Below are positions 59,724 through 64,000 of a DNA stretch of 64,000 nucleotides, in pieces (position 1 is the stretch's first letter; each line of letters opens with the position of its first letter). Source of the DNA: Halobacteriovoraceae bacterium (GTDB lineage: Bacteria > Bdellovibrionota > Bacteriovoracia > Bacteriovoracales > Bacteriovoracaceae). The position numbers and the translations under genes are program-made. The stretch lies in NCBI GenBank assembly GCA_963719505.1, contig CAVRCF010000005.1, positions 928,001-992,000 on the forward strand, given 5' to 3'. The notes beneath the pieces are model-generated. The model did not search any database, was not told where the DNA came from, and saw only the letters and a list, made by a program, of their open reading frames with translations.

Positions 59724-60782
59724 TTATTTCATTCCGTGAGGTCTTGATTCTACCATACCCGATGTAGACATTTCCATAAAAAGGGCATTTTTGTTTATTT
59801 CAATAAGTTCCTGAGCATTGAGGTAAGTCATTCCAGAGCGAACTCCACCCGCTAATTCATGAACAACATCAATAACCGATCCTTTGCAGGGAATCATTCT
59901 CGACTCACCTTCTGGAGCCATTCCTTTTTGCATATTTCCTCTCCAGGAAACCTGTGCATCTTTAGAAGCCATTCCGCGATATTTCTTCATACCGCCAACC
60001 ACTTCACCAGGAGATTCAAGTGTTCCCGCAAGCATAGACCCAAGCATCACCGACTCCGCCCCCGCAGCAAAAGCCTTAACAATATCACCGCTTGTTTTTA
60101 TTCCGCCGTCTGCAATGACGGGAATATTGTGTTTACGAGCTTCAGCCACACATAAAGCGACAGCTGATAGTTGTGGCACTCCACAGCCTGTGATGATTCT
60201 TGTGGTACACATGGAACCTGGACCGATTCCAACTTTTATACTGTCTGCCCCTGCATCAATCATGCGCTTCACACCATCGGGCATGGCCACATTTCCAGCG
60301 ATAACGTCAACATGAGGATGTGTCTTTTTAAGATAGCTTAAAACCTCAAGCATCATCACGCTATCCCCATGAGCAATATCGAGAGTTAAAATCTCAACTC
60401 CTGCATCAACAAGAGCATCTGCTCTTCTCATGCCCTCTTCTTTAACACCGACACTAGCCGCAGCAATCAGACCTTTAATTTCAGCTTTCATACGAATAAT
60501 ATTTTTAATTTCTTTGGCTTGATCTTCTATTGAGAGGAACCTGTGAAGTGAGCCCATAGCTCCAATTTTCCCCATGGCAATGGCCATGGCTTCTTCCGTA
60601 ACGGTATCCATATTTGCTGCTATGAATGGAATGTCACATGAGAAGTTCTTGGTGATTCTTGATCTCAGCGAGGGAATAGTTCTTGAAGTAATCTCACAGT
60701 GACGAGGCATTAAAAGCACGTCGTCATAAGTTAAGCCCTTGTTGCGCTCTAATATCTCATTCGCATTAAACATAAGTCCCAT
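59724..60782 (-). CDS. IMP dehydrogenase/GMP reductase family protein without CBS domains
   Basis: LTYDDVLL, ANMDTVT, DIAHG, VGIGPGSMCTTR, IADGGI, YRGMAS, PEG. Confidence 0.9.
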   Translation of the reverse strand: MGLMFNANEILERNKGLTYDDVLLMPRHCEITSRTIPSLRSRITKNFSCDIPFIAANMDTVTEEAMAIAMGKIGAMGSLHRFLSIEDQAKEIKNIIRMKAEIKGLIAAASVGVKEEGMRRADALVDAGVEILTLDIAHGDSVMMLEVLSYLKKTHPHVDVIAGNVAMPDGVKRMIDAGADSIKVGIGPGSMCTTRIITGCGVPQLSAVALCVAEARKHNIPVIADGGIKTSGDIVKAFAAGAESVMLGSMLAGTLESPGEVVGGMKKYRGMASKDAQVSWRGNMQKGMAPEGESRMIPCKGSVIDVVHELAGGVRSGMTYLNAQELIEINKNALFMEMSTSGMVESRPHGMK

Positions 60783-60859
60783 GAATTCTCCCGTTAACGT
60801 TAAATAGATGTGTTATGAGTAGTCTACCGGTTTTTAAAAGAGCTCGTAAAGAAGATATA

Positions 60860-61498
60860 TCAATCGACTTGATGTTTCTCTTTCAATTCACTAATCTGGA
60901 GGTCAAGCCAAGCTTGAACCGTTTTAGAGATTTTATTGAATTCATATTCAAGGCTTTGAAGTTCTATATTATATTTTTCGCGTTTCGTTATTGGTAAAGC
61001 TTTTATTCCTTTTTCAGACTTTAAACCTTCAATAATCCCTTGAGAAAATTCAATGGCTTTTTCATTAAAGTCCTTAATTTTTCCAATGTATCCACCGTAA
61101 GTGAACTCAAAACCGTGAAACCTTTTAGTCGAATTTTCTAAGGCGAGATTATTGAGTTTCAAATGATTAAGCGCAAAGCGCACGTCATTTTCAACACCTT
61201 CATAATTTTTGTTATTTTTCTTATCTTCATCCACAAAGGTAAAGGCACTTTTCATTCCCAAGCTCGTTCCCGTCAAGCTTACATTCTGGAGGTACTGCAC
61301 AAAGTTTTCTTCAAAGCATTTAAAATAATAGGAATTCTGTGCTTGGGGACATTTCTCTTTAACTATTTCATAGGTCAACGAGTCTTTATTATCGAAATAG
61401 AAATGAAGGTCCATTCGATTTTGAGAGTAGAAAAAAATCATAATAAGGAGGCCCAGAGTTACAAAGCCCAAGAATATCCACTTTAAAAGCCTAAGCAT
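60860..61498 (-). CDS. Membrane-anchored hypothetical protein
   Basis: N-terminal TM, Cys pair, helical body; overlaps the gshA stop. Confidence 0.7.
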   Translation of the reverse strand: MLRLLKWIFLGFVTLGLLIMIFFYSQNRMDLHFYFDNKDSLTYEIVKEKCPQAQNSYYFKCFEENFVQYLQNVSLTGTSLGMKSAFTFVDEDKKNNKNYEGVENDVRFALNHLKLNNLALENSTKRFHGFEFTYGGYIGKIKDFNEKAIEFSQGIIEGLKSEKGIKALPITKREKYNIELQSLEYEFNKISKTVQAWLDLQISELKEKHQVD

Positions 61499-63053
61499 GA
61501 CTACCCTTAAAATTTATTTTTATATCTTCAAAATACTTTTTTAAAAAGACATCAAAGTCTTCAGTATCTTCTTCCAGTTGTTTTTGCTCTAGAAGTGACT
61601 CTTTTGCGATTGCATCCCAAGAAGAATCGTACCCTCTTTTCATACCATCACTTTTGTAAGTCTTGGCCAAAGTAGAAATAGCGTCAATGATTGAGGACTT
61701 TTCATTAAACATAGACATGATTTTTTGAGAGGGAAGCTTTTCAATATCTTCTAATTTATCACTTTGAAAATCGAATGCCTTTTTGTATTTATCCGTTTCG
61801 AAAGCTTTGTCTAGCAGTTCAACATAAGGCTTCATTTTAATCATTATATTTTGGAAAAAGTCATCTTTAGAGACTTCTTTTTCATCTACCATTAATCTCA
61901 AATTGGGGTCTCGTCCCTCATTCACTATTAAAGAGAAATTCTCGTCGATTTCTTGGCATTCTTTTCCCGTGATTTTTGGGCTGTCTTCACATAGGCAAAA
62001 AAGTAAAAAAACATGCAAAAATCTCATCGCCTCTTTCTCAATACCTGTAGGTGAAAAGGGATTCACATCGAGTAGTCGAACTTCAACGTACTCAATCCCT
62101 CTTTCGTGCAAAGCTTGAAGAGCACTTTGCCCACTTTTTGCAATATTTTTTGGTCTTACTCTGGAATAAAACTCATTATCTATTTGAAGAAGATTTGTAT
62201 TGAGTTGCTTATAACCATTTTCATCTTTCAGCCCTATTTTTTCATAGGGAGGATATGACTTTAATCGAGCGGCTTCAAGAGTCTTAATATAAGTCTCTAA
62301 AGCATTATAGCAAATACCTATTTCATCCTGAGCGCTTGAAGTATAACCCAAGCCTCCCATCCTCAAACTTGTGGCGTATTTTTTTCCCCAAGTTTCAAAT
62401 CCAAGTTTTTCTAAAGTGTGCTTTTTATTTTTTAAAAATGACTCGTGAACAACTGGTGTCGCACCAAAGAGATACATAAGCAGCCCACTGAAACGTCTAT
62501 AGTTTCTGATGAGTTTAAAATATCCTTGGTTTTTAATTTCCTGTAAACTTAGAGTCGCATCAAAGTCTTTGGCATACTCACTCCAAAATTCATCTGTAAA
62601 TGAGAAGTTGTAATGCACACCTGCGATAGACTGCATCGACTTGCCATAACGATGACCCAAGCCAATTCTGTAAAGTTCTTTGAGCCTTCCTGTATTGGAG
62701 CTTCCATAATGGGCCACTCTAATATCTGAGTCTTTCATCGTGACTTTAGCCGGCATGCTCCACGGCCAAATATACTCATCATTTTCGAGTTTTTGATAAG
62801 TAAAATCATGCATCATCGACAGGTTATCGATAAGGTCGTCTGACTTTGAAAAGACTCCCGTTATGTACTCAAGAAGGGACTCACTATAATCCGTTGTAAT
62901 AAAAGGATGAGTCAGCTTCGAGCCAAGAGCTTTGGGGTGATCACTATTTGTCACTTCAAATGTCGAACTGACTCTCAAAGACTCTCTTTCAACACCTTGC
63001 CTGATAGTCGTTAAAAGGTTTGGGTTCTTTTTTATTTTCTCTAAAATAGACAA
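61491..63053 (-). CDS. gshA: Glutamate--cysteine ligase
   Basis: GVERESLRV, HPKALGS, ITTDYSESLLE, GVHYNFS, YATSLRM, LQIDNEFY, YVEVRLLD. Confidence 0.95.
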   Translation of the reverse strand: MSILEKIKKNPNLLTTIRQGVERESLRVSSTFEVTNSDHPKALGSKLTHPFITTDYSESLLEYITGVFSKSDDLIDNLSMMHDFTYQKLENDEYIWPWSMPAKVTMKDSDIRVAHYGSSNTGRLKELYRIGLGHRYGKSMQSIAGVHYNFSFTDEFWSEYAKDFDATLSLQEIKNQGYFKLIRNYRRFSGLLMYLFGATPVVHESFLKNKKHTLEKLGFETWGKKYATSLRMGGLGYTSSAQDEIGICYNALETYIKTLEAARLKSYPPYEKIGLKDENGYKQLNTNLLQIDNEFYSRVRPKNIAKSGQSALQALHERGIEYVEVRLLDVNPFSPTGIEKEAMRFLHVFLLFCLCEDSPKITGKECQEIDENFSLIVNEGRDPNLRLMVDEKEVSKDDFFQNIMIKMKPYVELLDKAFETDKYKKAFDFQSDKLEDIEKLPSQKIMSMFNEKSSIIDAISTLAKTYKSDGMKRGYDSSWDAIAKESLLEQKQLEEDTEDFDVFLKKYFEDIKINFKGSHA

Positions 63054-64000
63054 TTACGCACCGTGCTTTTGAATCATTGATATTGCATGAGCAACATTGA
63101 GAGCATGCGCCCTAATCTTTCTCAGTGCAACTACCATATCAGAATAAGTTAAAGCTGATAAGGCTTCATACTCACCTTTTGATACCCGGTCAAGATGTCT
63201 ATCTCTCATATCGTTGGCCCAAATTCTAAGTTCTTCACTTTTTCTATTAACCAACTCTATATCGTGCTTTTCAATTTTAAACAGTCCAATAGTCGACAGT
63301 TGAAAGAAGTCCCAAACTGAAATCATAAACTCTTCATACTCTTGGGTGCTGATCCCAGCGAGCTCTTTGTCTTTGATTTTTGATTTATAATTAACGATTC
63401 TTTCAAAATAGTCAGCAATTGACTCATACTCATCCGCAACTTTAATTAAAGCCTGCGTATGTTTAGACTGGTCTGTACTCATAGGCTTTTCCATGACTTT
63501 ACACAAAAAGACTGTAACTTCTTTTTGCATATTGTCAGTGATTTGCTCGTAATCTTTAACTTTCGCGAGATCTTTATAGCTTCCAGTTTTTAAATACTGA
63601 GTTGTGACATTATAAGAGCGATCTAAAATATCTTTCATCTTCTTAACTTCAGCATCTGCCTGAATGATCGCAGTTGCCGGTAAAATCTCAGAACTCTCTC
63701 CAACAAGCATGAGAGTTGGCTTCCCTTCCCCCTCTTTATCTGGCGTAATTTTAGTTACAAGCCTAGCTAACTGCCCAAGAAAAGGCAGAAAAATAATCGT
63801 TGAAGTGACATTGAAAAAAGTATGTGAAGCCGCAATATGCTGGGCTATGTTTGGCTTTGACCCATCATCGAGCGCCTGATCTGCAACTCCCGGCACAAGC
63901 CACTCGATAAACTCAATATAAAAAGGAAGGAATGAGAAAACAACGAGTACACCCAAAATATTAAATATGGCATGGGCTCGAGCTGCTCTTTTAGCATTAG
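63054..64000 (-). CDS. Na/Pi cotransporter family protein with PhoU-like domains (5' truncated by the window edge)
   Basis: ARAHAIFN, IAASHTFFNV, ESIADY, HLDRV, YSDMV. Confidence 0.85.
   Translation of the reverse strand, partial: NAKRAARAHAIFNILGVLVVFSFLPFYIEFIEWLVPGVADQALDDGSKPNIAQHIAASHTFFNVTSTIIFLPFLGQLARLVTKITPDKEGEGKPTLMLVGESSEILPATAIIQADAEVKKMKDILDRSYNVTTQYLKTGSYKDLAKVKDYEQITDNMQKEVTVFLCKVMEKPMSTDQSKHTQALIKVADEYESIADYFERIVNYKSKIKDKELAGISTQEYEEFMISVWDFFQLSTIGLFKIEKHDIELVNRKSEELRIWANDMRDRHLDRVSKGEYEALSALTYSDMVVALRKIRAHALNVAHAISMIQKHGA

Noticed and set aside
1..64000. CRISPR arrays, tRNA/rRNA, IS elements, prophage, and the remaining short nested ORFs of the track
   Set aside because: No repeat-spacer arrays, structural RNA signatures, transposase or integrase seen by eye; the short ORFs lie within or antisense to well-supported genes.

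Overview
AT-rich core-genome window, most consistent with a Bdellovibrionota predator of the Bacteriovoracales/Halobacteriovorax type. This is inferred from the protein style, the deltaproteobacterial-type T2SS cluster with gspN and a PilM-like GspL, and the many lipoprotein/secreted hydrolases. Housekeeping genes include rpmE2, topA, an FKBP, rnhA, queD, rimI, rimP-nusA-infB-rbfA-truB, thrS, ddl, infC, rpmI-rplT, ihfA, plsB, an IMPDH/GMPR-family gene and gshA. The window also has a full gspC-N type II secretion cluster (39.5-53.4 kb), a four-gene carbamoyltransferase module of the SxtK/I/J/SGNH type, several peptidases and a FecCD-type ABC transporter. infB, nusA, thrS and gspD/E/F are broken by clustered indels that are most likely sequencing errors. 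I found no CRISPR, rRNA, tRNA or mobile element, and I cannot demonstrate a clearly new multi-gene system. The best leads are: the carbamoyltransferase module with a divergent nucleotidyltransferase-like gene; an hsp20 insertion between infC and rpmI with a palindrome and DnaA-box cluster; a switchable rimP leader; an IscA variant with His in place of CxC; a sigma54-type promoter on an orphan secreted protein; possible c-di-GMP links (MshEN-like GspE, degenerate HD-GYP); and apparent ATA start codons (infC, gspH).
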